Shown: positions 52,548 through 61,758 of the stretch, piece by piece
Numbering within the stretch: position 1 is the stretch's first letter
How the letters are laid out: each line of letters starts with the position of its first letter
Notes under the pieces: model-generated
What the model was told of the DNA's origin: nothing
Databases searched by the model: none
What the model saw: only the letters and a program-made list of their open reading frames with translations
Made by a program: the position numbers and the translations under genes
NCBI GenBank assembly: GCA_036274575.1
Contig: DASUFJ010000131.1
Location: forward strand, 4,262-68,261
Direction: 5' to 3'
Length of the DNA: 64,000 nt
Source of the DNA: Candidatus Limnocylindria bacterium
GTDB taxonomy: Bacteria > Chloroflexota > Limnocylindria > QHBO01

Positions 52548-53543
52548 GTGTTCCGCCGTCGCCGCGAGCCACCTCCAGCGCCCGAGTCGGCGCCTGAGCC
52601 CTCAGCGTCGCCACCGGCGACCGTGGCGCGTCCAACGCGCGAGCCCGGCGGGATGGGGCTGCGCAGCCGGCCGTCGGGCCTCGGCGCAAAGCTGCGGGCC
52701 ATCCTGGGCGCCGGCGCACCGGCCAACGAGCAGACCTGGGACGAGGTCGAGGAAGTCCTCATCGCCGCGGATGTCGGCGCGGAGACGACGATCCAGCTCG
52801 TGGAGGCCGCGCGCGCGCGGTTCTCCGCAGATGGCGGCCGAAGCGGAGACGATGCGCGGCGAGCGCTCACCACCGAGATTCGCGACCGGCTCGATCGCGT
52901 CGGATCGGGCCGCTTCGAGCTCGGCCCCGCGCCGGCGGTCATCCTCTTCGTCGGCGTCAACGGCACCGGGAAGACGACGACCATCGCGAAGCTCACGCAT
53001 CGCCTGCTGGGCGAGGGGCGCACGGTGGCGCTGGCGGCGGCGGACACGTTCCGTGCCGCCGCGATCGAGCAGCTCCGCATCTGGGGCGACCAGCTCGGCG
53101 TCGCCGTCATTGCCCAGCGTTCCGGCGCCGATCCCGGCGCCGTCGCATTCGACGCGATCGCCGCGGCCGAGGCACGCGGCCTTGACGCGGTGCTCGTTGA
53201 CACCGCCGGCCGCCTTCAGAACAAGCAGCAGCTCATGGACGAGCTGGCCAAGATCCGTCGCGTCATCGAGCGCCGCCTGCCGGACCAGCCGCGTCACGTC
53301 CTCCTCGTTCTGGACGCCACGACCGGCCAGAACGGCCTGCTCCAGGCCGAGGCCTTCAGCCGTGAGGCGGGCGTGACCGGGATCGTGCTGACGAAGCTCG
53401 ACGGGAGCGCCAAGGGCGGCGTCGCCCTCGGCGTCGCGGACCGGCTCGGCGTGCCCATCGTGTTCGCCGGGGTCGGCGAGGATGTGGACGCGCTCGCGCC
53501 GTTCGACCCTGATGCCTACGTGGAGTGGCTGTTCGCCGAGTAG
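52548..53543 (+). CDS. ftsY: Signal recognition particle receptor FtsY
   Basis: [23 protein letters not shown] and [10 protein letters not shown]. Confidence 0.9.
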   Translation: MFRRRREPPPAPESAPEPSASPPATVARPTREPGGMGLRSRPSGLGAKLRAILGAGAPANEQTWDEVEEVLIAADVGAETTIQLVEAARARFSADGGRSGDDARRALTTEIRDRLDRVGSGRFELGPAPAVILFVGVNGTGKTTTIAKLTHRLLGEGRTVALAAADTFRAAAIEQLRIWGDQLGVAVIAQRSGADPGAVAFDAIAAAEARGLDAVLVDTAGRLQNKQQLMDELAKIRRVIERRLPDQPRHVLLVLDATTGQNGLLQAEAFSREAGVTGIVLTKLDGSAKGGVALGVADRLGVPIVFAGVGEDVDALAPFDPDAYVEWLFAE

Positions 53544-53571
53544 GCTCGTTGCCCGCGGGGCGGCCCGCCCC

Positions 53572-53577
53572 TAGAAT
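53572..53577 (+). promoter_or_regulatory. Candidate -10 hexamer TAGAAT upstream of ffh
   Basis: An AT-rich hexamer 56 nt before ATG 53634. The leader holds the hairpin GCCGGCT/AGCCGGC. Confidence 0.4.
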
Positions 53578-53633
53578 GGGCAGCCCTTTGCCGGCTCGAC
53601 GAGCCGGCGTGCTCATCCCGCATCGGTCCATTC

Positions 53634-54971
53634 ATGTTCGACTCCCTCTCTGCGCGCCTGCAGGGCATCGCCTCCCGCCTGCGTGCCAAGGCCCGGATCA
53701 CCGAGGACGACCTCGACGTCGCGCTGCGCGAGATCCGGCTCGCCCTCCTCGAAGCGGATGTCAACTTCAAGGTCGTCAAGGACTTCGTGGCTCGCGTCCG
53801 CGAGCGGGCGCTCGGCGCCGATGTCCTCACCGGGCTCAACCCCGGCCAGCAGATCGTCAAGATCGTCCACGACGAGCTCGTCGCGATCCTGGGAGGCGAG
53901 CGTCATGAGCTGAGCCTCGACGGGCGGCCCGCCGTGCTCATGATGGTCGGCCTCCAGGGCTCGGGAAAGACGACGACGGCCGCGAAGCTCGCGGTCCGCC
54001 TCCGCAAGGACGGGCGCAAGCCGCTCCTCGTCGCCGCCGACGTCTACCGTCCGGCGGCCGTCGACCAGCTCGTGCAGCTCGGCGACCAGGTCGGCGTCGA
54101 GGTCCACACCCGCCCGGTCGGGACGCCGGCTCTCGAAGTCGCGCGCTCCGGGCTCGAGGTGGCCCGGCAGCGGAATCTCGACGTCGTCATCCTCGACACC
54201 GCGGGCCGCCTCCACGTCGATGAGCCGATGATGGACGAGCTCGTGCGCATCACGGGTGCCGTCACCCCGTCGGAGACGCTCCTCGTCGTCGACGCCATGA
54301 CCGGCCAGGAGTCGGTCAAGGTGGCCGAGGCGTTCCACGCCCGACTCCCGGTCACCGGCCTCGTGCTGACGAAGATGGACGGCGACGCCAGGGGCGGGGC
54401 TGCGCTCAGCATCCGGGCCGCGACCGGACTCCCGGTCGCCTTCCTGGGGACCGGGGAGCGCACCGACGGGCTGGAGCCGTTCCATCCCGACCGCCTCGCC
54501 CAGCGCATCCTCGGCATGGGCGACATCCTCAGCTTCGTCGAGCGCGTCCAGGAGAACGTCGACCAGGACGAGGCCGAGCGCACTGCCGAGCGCCTCATGG
54601 CGAACCGCTTCACGCTCGAGGACTTCCGCGACCAGATCAACCAGATCAAGAGGATGGGACCGATCGGCCAGCTCGTTGGCATGATCCCGGGGGCCGGGCA
54701 GATGGCCGGCGCCGCCCAGGAGGCGGTCGACTCTGGCCAGATGAAGCGCATCGAGGCGATCATCGACTCGATGACGCCGGAGGAGCGCCGCAAGCCGGAG
54801 CTCATCAAGGCCAGCCGGCGGCGGCGCATCGCGCTCGGCAGTGGCACCTCGACCGCCGAGGTGAATCGGCTCCTGAAGCAGTTCGCCGAGATGCAGAAGG
54901 TGATGCGCATGATGGCCGGCGGCAAGATGCCGCGGCTGGGTGGCGGCCTCGGCGCGCTGCTGGGTCGCTGA
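53634..54971 (+). CDS. ffh: Signal recognition particle protein Ffh
   Basis: MFDSLSARL, GLQGSGKTTTAAKL, DTAGRLH, TKMDGDARGG and a Met-rich M domain. Confidence 0.9.
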   Translation: MFDSLSARLQGIASRLRAKARITEDDLDVALREIRLALLEADVNFKVVKDFVARVRERALGADVLTGLNPGQQIVKIVHDELVAILGGERHELSLDGRPAVLMMVGLQGSGKTTTAAKLAVRLRKDGRKPLLVAADVYRPAAVDQLVQLGDQVGVEVHTRPVGTPALEVARSGLEVARQRNLDVVILDTAGRLHVDEPMMDELVRITGAVTPSETLLVVDAMTGQESVKVAEAFHARLPVTGLVLTKMDGDARGGAALSIRAATGLPVAFLGTGERTDGLEPFHPDRLAQRILGMGDILSFVERVQENVDQDEAERTAERLMANRFTLEDFRDQINQIKRMGPIGQLVGMIPGAGQMAGAAQEAVDSGQMKRIEAIIDSMTPEERRKPELIKASRRRRIALGSGTSTAEVNRLLKQFAEMQKVMRMMAGGKMPRLGGGLGALLGR

Positions 54972-54974
54972 CCG

Positions 54975-56549
54975 ATGCAGCGCCTCGTCGTGGCCCTCGT
55001 CGCGCTGATCGGGCTGACCGGTGTCGCCGTCGTCGCGGCCTATCTCTTCATCTTCTCCATCGCCACCGACCGCGCCGCAGCTCTCGCGCCGGCGAGCTCG
55101 GCGGTGTACGTCAACGTCTATCTCCAGCCGTCGACCGGGCAGCAGATGAACCTCGCCGGGCTCATCGGCCGCCTTCCCGGGTTCGCCGACGAAGCGTCGC
55201 TCGACGAGAAGGTGAACCAGATCGTCGAGAACCTGCTGAGCGAGACGGGGATCGACTACCGGACGCAGGTGAAGCCGTGGCTCGGCGACCAGATCGCCCT
55301 GGCCGGGTGGGCCAGGGCCGATGACCCTGAGCAGCTGGAGACCGTCGTGATCGTCGCCGTCAGCGATCGCGAGCAGGCCGAATCCTCCGTCGCCGGGCTT
55401 GTCGACCAGGCGGGCACCACCACCGAGAGCGAGACCTACGAGGGAGTCGAGCTCCACGTGGCCGATGGCGGCTCGTACGCGTTCGTCAGCGACATGCTGG
55501 TGGTTGGCAGCAACGCCGAGAGCCTTCGCGCCGTCGTCGATGTCGCCGGAGGGGCCGCGTCGCTCGCCGGCCGCCAGGACTTTGTCGACGCCATGGAGCG
55601 CATCCCGTCGGACCACCTCGCATCGGCCTTTGCGGACCTCGCCGCGGTGGGGGCGGCGACCGGCGTCGAGCAGCCGCTGGGGCAGTACACGACGGCCAGC
55701 GCCGCGCTCGTCGCCGAGGAGGAGGGTCTTCGTCTCAGCGGCAGCGCTCCCTTCGACGCCGCGTCGGCGGCGCCGTCGGCGCGCGACCGCTTCGCACTCG
55801 GCACGGAGCCGAGCAGCCTGCCCGACTGGATGCCGGAGGACACGATCGCGGAGGCGGTGCTGTTCGGCCTGCGACAGACGTTCGAGGACGCGGAGGACGC
55901 CCTCGGCGCGGCGCCCGAGGCCGAGGACGTGACCAGCGCGCTCGACACGATCCGCGCCATCGCCGCCTTCGGCCTCGGACTCGACCTGGATGCCGACGTG
56001 CTGCCGCTGTTCGACCGCGAGGTCGGCATCGCCATCACCGGCTTCGACGGCGACCTGCCGAGCGGTCAGCTCCTCCTCCGACCCGACGACCCCGAGGCGG
56101 CGGCCGACACGGTCGGCCGCATCGCCGACCGCCTCGCAGCACTGGGCGGCAGCCGCAGCACCGAGAATCACGACGGCGTCGAGATCACCGTCCTCGGCAT
56201 CCCGGACACCGGCGAGTTCGCCTACGCGGTGGCCGAGGGCATCCTCATCGTCGGCTTCTCGCCCGGTGATGTGGCCGCCGCGCTCGACGCCCACGACGGC
56301 GGTACTTCGCTGTCCGACACCGATGCCTACCGGCGTGCCTTCGAGGTTGCCGGGACCCGGGCGGGCGCGGAGGCCTTCGTCAACGTCCCGGCCGTCGTCG
56401 AGCTTGCGGGGGACCAGCCCGACCTTCCGGCCGACGCGCGCGATATCCTTGGTCAGGTCGACGCCTTCGCGCTCACCCTCCCGTCGCGGGAGGATCAGAT
56501 CGAATTCCACGCGGTGCTCACCATCGACGATGCGGCGAGCCCGAATTGA
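54975..56549 (+). CDS. Hypothetical membrane-anchored extracytoplasmic protein (DUF3352-like)
   Basis: N-terminal TM helix (LVVALVALIGLTGVAVVAAYLF), then about 490 aa of an acidic soluble region. The family guess is from memory of size and architecture only. Confidence 0.45.
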   Translation: MQRLVVALVALIGLTGVAVVAAYLFIFSIATDRAAALAPASSAVYVNVYLQPSTGQQMNLAGLIGRLPGFADEASLDEKVNQIVENLLSETGIDYRTQVKPWLGDQIALAGWARADDPEQLETVVIVAVSDREQAESSVAGLVDQAGTTTESETYEGVELHVADGGSYAFVSDMLVVGSNAESLRAVVDVAGGAASLAGRQDFVDAMERIPSDHLASAFADLAAVGAATGVEQPLGQYTTASAALVAEEEGLRLSGSAPFDAASAAPSARDRFALGTEPSSLPDWMPEDTIAEAVLFGLRQTFEDAEDALGAAPEAEDVTSALDTIRAIAAFGLGLDLDADVLPLFDREVGIAITGFDGDLPSGQLLLRPDDPEAAADTVGRIADRLAALGGSRSTENHDGVEITVLGIPDTGEFAYAVAEGILIVGFSPGDVAAALDAHDGGTSLSDTDAYRRAFEVAGTRAGAEAFVNVPAVVELAGDQPDLPADARDILGQVDAFALTLPSREDQIEFHAVLTIDDAASPN

Positions 56550-56583
56550 TCCAGATCATCACCACACCTGAGGTACGACTCAC

Positions 56584-57138
56584 TTGGCAGTAGCAATCCG
56601 GTTGACGCGCGTCGGGGCCACCAAGCGCCCCGCCTACCGCGTGATCGCCATCGACAAGCGTCGCTCGCGGGACGGCCGCGCCATCGAGATCCTGGGCTAC
56701 TACGACCCCCTCACCGATCCGGCGACCGTCCAGCTCGACACCGACAAGATCAAGGCCTGGATTGGCAACGGCGCGCAGCCGTCCGACATGGTCGTGCGGC
56801 TCATGCGCCAGGTCGAGCGGGCCGCGCAGGGCGAGGAGAAGCCACGCAGCGCGCCGAAGCGGAAGCCTTCGAAGAAGGCGCAGGCCAAGGCGGCCGAGGC
56901 GAAGGCGGCCCCTGCGGCTGCCCCCGAGCAGGCCGACTCCGCCGCGGAACCGGTGGCCGAAGCCGTCGAGGAGGCTCCCGAGGCGACGGTCGAGGCCGAG
57001 GCCGCAGCGGAGCCGCAGGCGCCCGAGCCCGAGGAGCCCGAGCCCGCCTCCGCGGATGAGGCACCGGCGACGAAAGAGGCTCCGGCGACGGAGGGGGCAC
57101 CGGATGCCACCGACGACGCCGAGAAGGCCGAGGCATGA
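56584..57138 (+). CDS. rpsP: 30S ribosomal protein S16 with an Ala/Glu/Pro-rich C-terminal extension
   Basis: AVAIRLTRVGATKRPAYRVIAIDKRRSRDGRAIEILGYYDP, with a TTG start. Confidence 0.9.
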   Translation: MAVAIRLTRVGATKRPAYRVIAIDKRRSRDGRAIEILGYYDPLTDPATVQLDTDKIKAWIGNGAQPSDMVVRLMRQVERAAQGEEKPRSAPKRKPSKKAQAKAAEAKAAPAAAPEQADSAAEPVAEAVEEAPEATVEAEAAAEPQAPEPEEPEPASADEAPATKEAPATEGAPDATDDAEKAEA

Positions 57139-57374
57139 AGGAGTTCCTCGAGTACGTCGCCAGGTCCCTCGTCGACAAGCCGGACGCCGTCTGGGTCAAG
57201 GAAGAGGACGAGGGCGACGAGAAGATCCTCACCCTCGGCGTCGACCAGGAGGACATGGGTCGCGTGATCGGCCGGGACGGCAGGATCGCGAACGCGATCC
57301 GCAGCCTGCTCCGCGTCATGGCCACCCGGGACGGGCGTCACGTCGAGCTCGAGATCGTCGACGAAGCCGAGTGA
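57135..57374 (+). CDS. KH-domain RNA-binding protein (YlqC family)
   Basis: LVDKPDAVWV...GRVIGRDGRIANAIRSLLRV, in the position between rpsP and rimM. Confidence 0.8.
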   Translation: MKEFLEYVARSLVDKPDAVWVKEEDEGDEKILTLGVDQEDMGRVIGRDGRIANAIRSLLRVMATRDGRHVELEIVDEAE

Positions 57375-57864
57375 GCGCCGCCGGGCGGTAGCCCGCGTCC
57401 TCGGCCCGAAGGGCCTGCGTGGCGGCGTCCGCGTCGAGCTCGTCACCGACTGGCCGGAGCGCCTGACCCCCGGAACGGAGGTCTGGCTCGACGACGAACC
57501 CCTCGCCCGCACGATCGATGCGGCCGAGACCGGCGGCAAGGTGCCGGTTCTCTACCTCTCCGGCATCTCCACTCGCGAGGCCGCCCAACAGCTCGCCGGG
57601 CGGTACCTCGAGGCATCGGCCCACGTGCTCGCGGCAGACGAGTACTTCTGGGACGACCTCGTCGGCCTCCGCGCGGAGTCACCGGACGGGACGCCCATCG
57701 GTGAGCTGGTCGAGGTCTTTCGAGCCGGCGGCAATGAGGTCTACCGCGTCGTCGGGCCGGACGGCGAGCGGCTGGTGCCCGCGCTGCGCAGCGCCGTCGA
57801 GCGCATCGACCTGGAGCGGCGGATCATCGTCATCACCGACGAAGACGCCGAGGAGGTTTCCTGA
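57371..57864 (+). CDS. rimM: 16S rRNA processing protein RimM, with an apparent 1-nt frame disruption (or non-canonical start) at its 5' end
   Basis: The RimM-like sequence [28 protein letters not shown]...YFWDDLVGL is read from 57382 in a frame with no ATG/GTG/TTG before 57541. GTG 57371 (GTGA overlap with the KH gene) is in the neighbouring frame and hits TAG after 6 codons. Confidence 0.7.
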
Positions 57865-58601
57865 TGCCGATGCGGATCGACGTCGTGACGCTCTTCCCGG
57901 AGCTGTTCGAGGTACCGCTGCGCACGTCGATCATCGGTCGCGCGGAGGAGCTCGGCGCCGTCGCGTTCGGCGTGCGCGACCTTCGTGAGCACGGCCTCGG
58001 CCGGCATCGGTCGGTCGACGACTATCCCTACGGCGGCGGTGCCGGGATGGTCATGCGCCCGGAGCCGCTGTTCGCGGCAGTCGAGCCGCTCAGGGCTGCG
58101 GGCGCCACCGTCATCCTCATGGATCCGGCCGGTGAGCGATTGACCGATGCGCTGGCCCGCGAGATCGCTCGCGAGCCGCACCTGGCGCTCGTCTGCGGCC
58201 GCTACGAGGGGATCGATGAGCGCGCGCGGACCCTCGCGCACCGCGAGGTGAGCATCGGCGACTACGTCCTGACCGGTGGTGAGCTGCCGGCGCTGGTGCT
58301 GATCGACACGGTCGTGCGCCTGCTGCCCGGCGTCATCCAGGAGGCGTCGCATGAGGGCGACTCGTTCGCCACCGGCCTGCTGGAGCATCCGCAGTACACC
58401 CGGCCGGATGAGTTCCGAGGGATGGAGGTCCCGGCCGTCCTGCGTTCCGGCCACCACGGCGAGGTCGAGCGCTGGCGCCGTCGTGAGGCGCTGCGCCGGA
58501 CGCTGGAGCGACGGCCCGATCTCCTCGAGGCCGCCGAGCTGACCGATGCGGACCGGGCCGTCCTCGAAGAGCTTCGGGCCACGGACTCGGATGGTGGCTG
58601 A
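57864..58601 (+). CDS. trmD: tRNA (guanine37-N1)-methyltransferase TrmD
   Basis: [26 protein letters not shown] and [10 protein letters not shown]. Confidence 0.9.
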   Translation: MPMRIDVVTLFPELFEVPLRTSIIGRAEELGAVAFGVRDLREHGLGRHRSVDDYPYGGGAGMVMRPEPLFAAVEPLRAAGATVILMDPAGERLTDALAREIAREPHLALVCGRYEGIDERARTLAHREVSIGDYVLTGGELPALVLIDTVVRLLPGVIQEASHEGDSFATGLLEHPQYTRPDEFRGMEVPAVLRSGHHGEVERWRRREALRRTLERRPDLLEAAELTDADRAVLEELRATDSDGG

Positions 58602-58633
58602 CCGCCGCCTTGCCGGTCGTCGGAGAGCGCTGC

Positions 58634-58639
58634 TATACT
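58634..58639 (+). promoter_or_regulatory. Candidate extended -10 TGCTATACT upstream of rplS
   Basis: A copy of GCTATACT about 92 nt before ATG 58731. Confidence 0.45.
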
Positions 58640-58730
58640 CGCCGCCAGTCGCGGCCGCCGTGCGCGGTCGCGTTCGTGTGTCGCACCACTAGCTGCGGGC
58701 GTCGCCCGCGACAACGAGGTCACCCCTGAG

Positions 58731-59078
58731 ATGAACGCCATCAAGGAGCTCGAGCGCGAGCAGCTCCGCTCCGACCTGCCGGAGATCGCTCCCGGCGACA
58801 CGGTGCGCGTCTCCGTCAAGGTGGTGGAGGGCAGCCGCGAGCGGATCCAGGTCTTCGAGGGCACCGTGATGCGGATGCGCGGCGGTGGCCTCAACCGGCA
58901 GATCACGGTCCGGCGCATTGCGAGCGGCGTCGGCGTCGAGCGGACGTTCATGATCCACGCCCCGCGCATCGACAAGATTGAAGTCGTGCGCCACGGCGTC
59001 GCCCGCCGCGCGCAGCTCTACTTCCTCCGCGACCGCGTCGGCAAGTCGGCCACCCTGCGCGAGCGCCGCTCCACCTGA
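58731..59078 (+). CDS. rplS: 50S ribosomal protein L19
   Basis: [30 protein letters not shown]... Confidence 0.9.
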   Translation: MNAIKELEREQLRSDLPEIAPGDTVRVSVKVVEGSRERIQVFEGTVMRMRGGGLNRQITVRRIASGVGVERTFMIHAPRIDKIEVVRHGVARRAQLYFLRDRVGKSATLRERRST

Positions 59079-59130
59079 TCGTCGCGGCTGGCCGTGCCAC
59101 CTTCGCCACACGGCTCTGATCACGTCTCGA

Positions 59131-59136
59131 TAGACT
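59131..59136 (+). promoter_or_regulatory. Candidate -10 hexamer TAGACT, 6 nt before rnhB GTG 59143 (leaderless)
   Basis: A TAnnnT hexamer with no SD. Confidence 0.35.
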
Positions 59137-59142
59137 GGCCGC

Positions 59143-59859
59143 GTGACCGTGGCCAGGCGTTCCGAGCGCATCGTTCGTCCCTCCACGCGCGCTGAGCGTC
59201 GCCACTGGGATGCCGGCCTCACCATCGTCGTCGGGGCCGATGCCGTCGGCGTCGCCTGTCTCAGTGGCCCCGTCCTCGCCGCCGCGGTCGCCATGCCGCC
59301 CTACGGCCGTCGCGTCGTCGGCGTGCGCGACTCGAAGATGCTGTCGCGATCCCAGCGCGAGCGGCTCTATCCGCGGATCCTGCGCCGCGCCCTGGCCGTC
59401 GGCCTCGGAGCCGCGAGCGTGGCCGAGATCGATCGGCTGAACATCTACCACGCCACGAATCTCGCGATGCGCCGCGCCATCTGTCGCGTCAGGCAGCGGC
59501 AGCACGTCCTCATCGATGGCCTTCGGGTCCACGGCCTCGAAAAGCACGTCGGGCCGTACACCGCCATCGTCCACGGCGACGCGACCTCGTACTCCATCGC
59601 GGCTGCCTCCATCGTGGCCAAGGTGGTCCGGGACCGGCTCATGGACCGCCTCGGAGCGCGTCATCCGTATTACGGCTGGGAGCACAACGCCGGATACGCG
59701 ACGCTGGCCCACCGGCGGGGGATCGAGGAGCACGGCATCACCCCCTTCCATCGGCGTTCGTTCGCCCGCATCAAGGCCGTGGAGCTTGGCGAGCAGCTGG
59801 AGCTGGATCTCGCGGCGCTCGATCTTCCGGACGTGGAACGCCTCCTCGTCCCGGCCTGA
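59143..59859 (+). CDS. rnhB: Ribonuclease HII family protein with a divergent first catalytic motif
   Basis: DSKMLSRSQRERLY, LIDG, HGDATSYSIAAASIVAKVVRDRLM and YGWEHNAGYATLAHRRGIEEHGITPFHRRSF are typical. The usual G[VI]DEAGRGPLAGPV block reads GADAVGVACLSGPV. Confidence 0.8.
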   Translation: MTVARRSERIVRPSTRAERRHWDAGLTIVVGADAVGVACLSGPVLAAAVAMPPYGRRVVGVRDSKMLSRSQRERLYPRILRRALAVGLGAASVAEIDRLNIYHATNLAMRRAICRVRQRQHVLIDGLRVHGLEKHVGPYTAIVHGDATSYSIAAASIVAKVVRDRLMDRLGARHPYYGWEHNAGYATLAHRRGIEEHGITPFHRRSFARIKAVELGEQLELDLAALDLPDVERLLVPA

Positions 59860-59875
59860 ACCCCGTTGGGCGGCA

Positions 59876-59905
59876 GTAAGCGGCTGGTAAGCGGCCGATA
59901 AGCCC
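59876..59905 (+). repeat. Three tandem 9-mers GTAAGCGGC / GTAAGCGGC / GATAAGCCC spaced 11 and 10 nt, upstream of yraN
   Basis: Read directly in the 67-nt rnhB-yraN spacer. Confidence 0.6.
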
Positions 59906-59926
59906 ACGTGGTGCACGCTGTGGCCC

Positions 59927-60298
59927 GTGTCCGACCCCCGGCACCTGCTCGGCGAACGCGGTGAGGAGACGGCGGCCGCTTGGCTCGAGCGAGCCGGATG
60001 GCGGATCCTCGCCCGCCGGCATCGGTCCGTGCACGGTGGCGAGGTCGACCTCATCGCTCGTGATCCGCGGGGGACGCTCGTGGCGATCGAGGTGCGCGCG
60101 CGCCGATCCGTGCGGACCGGCGCGGCGGCGACGACTGTCGACGAGCGCCGGGTCGCCCGATTGGGACGAACGCTGGCGGCCTATGCCGGTGAGGCGTCGA
60201 TCGCGCATCGCGGGCTGCGCATCGACCTCGTTACCCTGGAGCCGCTGGCGACGGACCGACGGCGCTGGCGCCTGCGCCGCACGCCGGGAATCGGCTGA
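59927..60298 (+). CDS. yraN: YraN-family (UPF0102) endonuclease-like protein
   Basis: LGERGEETAAAWLERAGWRILARRHRSVHGGEVDLIARD...LVAIEVRARR. The rnhB-yraN order is conserved. Confidence 0.75.
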   Translation: MSDPRHLLGERGEETAAAWLERAGWRILARRHRSVHGGEVDLIARDPRGTLVAIEVRARRSVRTGAAATTVDERRVARLGRTLAAYAGEASIAHRGLRIDLVTLEPLATDRRRWRLRRTPGIG

Positions 60299-60309
60299 GG
60301 TGGGGCCGC

Positions 60310-61425
60310 TCAGCCGCCTAAGGCGCGGATGAGGGCCCTGACCGAGGCGATGTATGGCCGGGTCATCGGGTAGACGCCGTGCCGGTCGACCCCGCGCTGG
60401 CCCTGGTAGTAGGCGGCCAGCACCAGGTCGAGGTTGCCTCGGTAGCGGTCGACATAGTGGCGAAGGAGGCGCACCCCCGCCCGGATGTTGCTGCGGGCGT
60501 CGCGCAGGTCGACCGACGCTCCCAGCATCGCTTCGCCGACCCACTCCCCGGTGGCCGGCATGAGCTGCATGACGCCGACGGCGCCGGAATGGCTCACGAC
60601 GTCCTGCCGCCAGCCGGACTCCTGCCACGCGACGGCGAGGGCGAGCGACGGCGACACCCCGTAGCGCTTCGCTTCCGCGAGGATGATCCGTCGTGTCGCG
60701 TCGCGGGCTGCCATCGCGCTCGACATCGAGGCCGGGACCTTCGGCGCGCTCGGTCGCTTCGCCGTCGGGGCAGCGGCGCCGGGGATGACGAGCCGCTGAC
60801 CGGCGAAGATGCGGCTCGGGTCTGCGATCTTGTTGGCTGATGCGATGGCCGCGACCGTCACCCCGTAGCGACGGGCGATGAACGTCAGGTTCTCCCCACC
60901 GGCGACGAGATGTGTGCGCTGTGGGATGGGCGCGGCAGCAGGCGGCTTCGGCGTCGGCTTCGGCCTGGCGTTCGATGCGCTGGGGGCCGGGGCCGTGCCG
61001 GGGATGGCGATCCGCTGACCGGCGAAGATGCGGCTCGGGTCTGCGATCTTGTTGGCTGATGCGATGGCCGCCACCGTCACCCCGTAGCGACGGGCGATGA
61101 ACGTCAGGTTCTCGCCGCTCACGACAAGGTGCGATCGCCGGGTGGCGGCTGCCGGTGCGGCGGGCTTCGGCTTCGGGGCCGGCTTCGCCTCACCCGCGAG
61201 CACGAGCCGCTGACCGGCGTAGATGCGGCTCGGGTTGGCGATCCGGTTCAGCGCGACGAGCTGCTCGACGCTCACGCCGTGCCGGCGCGAGATGGCGATG
61301 AGCGTGTCGCCGGGCGCCACGACGATGGTGGGCTCGGCGGCTTCCGCCACGCCGGCCGGGGCCGGCACCGCGACGAGTGTCATCGCCACGGCCGAGATCC
61401 AGAGAGCGAGCCGACGACGCTGCAC
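60310..61425 (-). CDS. Secreted peptidoglycan hydrolase: three LysM domains plus a C-terminal SLT (lytic transglycosylase) domain
   Basis: Signal peptide, three G[DE][NT]L..IARR[HY]GV...L...N.I..P..I.AGQ.L..PG modules, and an SLT block [15 protein letters not shown]...GVMQLMP. Confidence 0.85.
   Translation of the reverse strand: MQRRRLALWISAVAMTLVAVPAPAGVAEAAEPTIVVAPGDTLIAISRRHGVSVEQLVALNRIANPSRIYAGQRLVLAGEAKPAPKPKPAAPAAATRRSHLVVSGENLTFIARRYGVTVAAIASANKIADPSRIFAGQRIAIPGTAPAPSASNARPKPTPKPPAAAPIPQRTHLVAGGENLTFIARRYGVTVAAIASANKIADPSRIFAGQRLVIPGAAAPTAKRPSAPKVPASMSSAMAARDATRRIILAEAKRYGVSPSLALAVAWQESGWRQDVVSHSGAVGVMQLMPATGEWVGEAMLGASVDLRDARSNIRAGVRLLRHYVDRYRGNLDLVLAAYYQGQRGVDRHGVYPMTRPYIASVRALIRALGG
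60793..60894. repeat. LysM-3 coding repeat, 101/102 nt identical to 61012-61113
   Basis: Direct comparison shows a single mismatch (g/c at position 61 of the unit). The period is 219 nt (73 codons). Confidence 0.9.
61012..61113. repeat. LysM-2 coding repeat, near-identical to 60793-60894
   Basis: See the partner copy. The first LysM module (about 61200-61330) is much more diverged. Confidence 0.9.
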
Positions 61426-61599
61426 GAAAGGTCCTCCTCCAGCGTGCTGCGGCTCGCCACGGGGGCACGCCGCGGGCCGATGCTAGGAGGGGTCCCCCGA
61501 GGGTCAAGGTACGAGGGGGGCATGAGGGGAGGACTTCGGTACCGTTGGGTGCGCTGCGGATCGGTAAGCCGGCGGGCGGGGCCGAGCCAGAGGGTCTGC

Positions 61600-61605
61600 T
61601 ATACT
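61600..61605 (+). promoter_or_regulatory. Candidate extended -10 TGCTATACT upstream of rpsB-tsf
   Basis: A copy of GCTATACT about 154 nt before the rpsB ATG. Confidence 0.45.
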
Positions 61606-61758
61606 CGATCGACGCTCGTGCTTCCGCACGGGCGGTCTTTCCATCACGCACGCCCGACGGATCCCCGGTCGGCGGTGCCCTCGCGTGACGAGGGTCGACC
61701 TCGTGGGAGCGGATGTCGGGCGGAGGAACAACCGGAGGTACCCTTGGCTGCCACAAGC

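Noticed and set aside
53613-56510. 965-aa minus-strand ORF antisense to ffh and the DUF3352-like gene
   Set aside because: It is a shadow ORF. ffh motifs are on the + strand.
57541-57864. Taking GTG 57541 as the rimM start (107-aa product)
   Set aside because: It would discard an in-frame, clearly RimM-like N-terminal domain encoded at 57382-57540.
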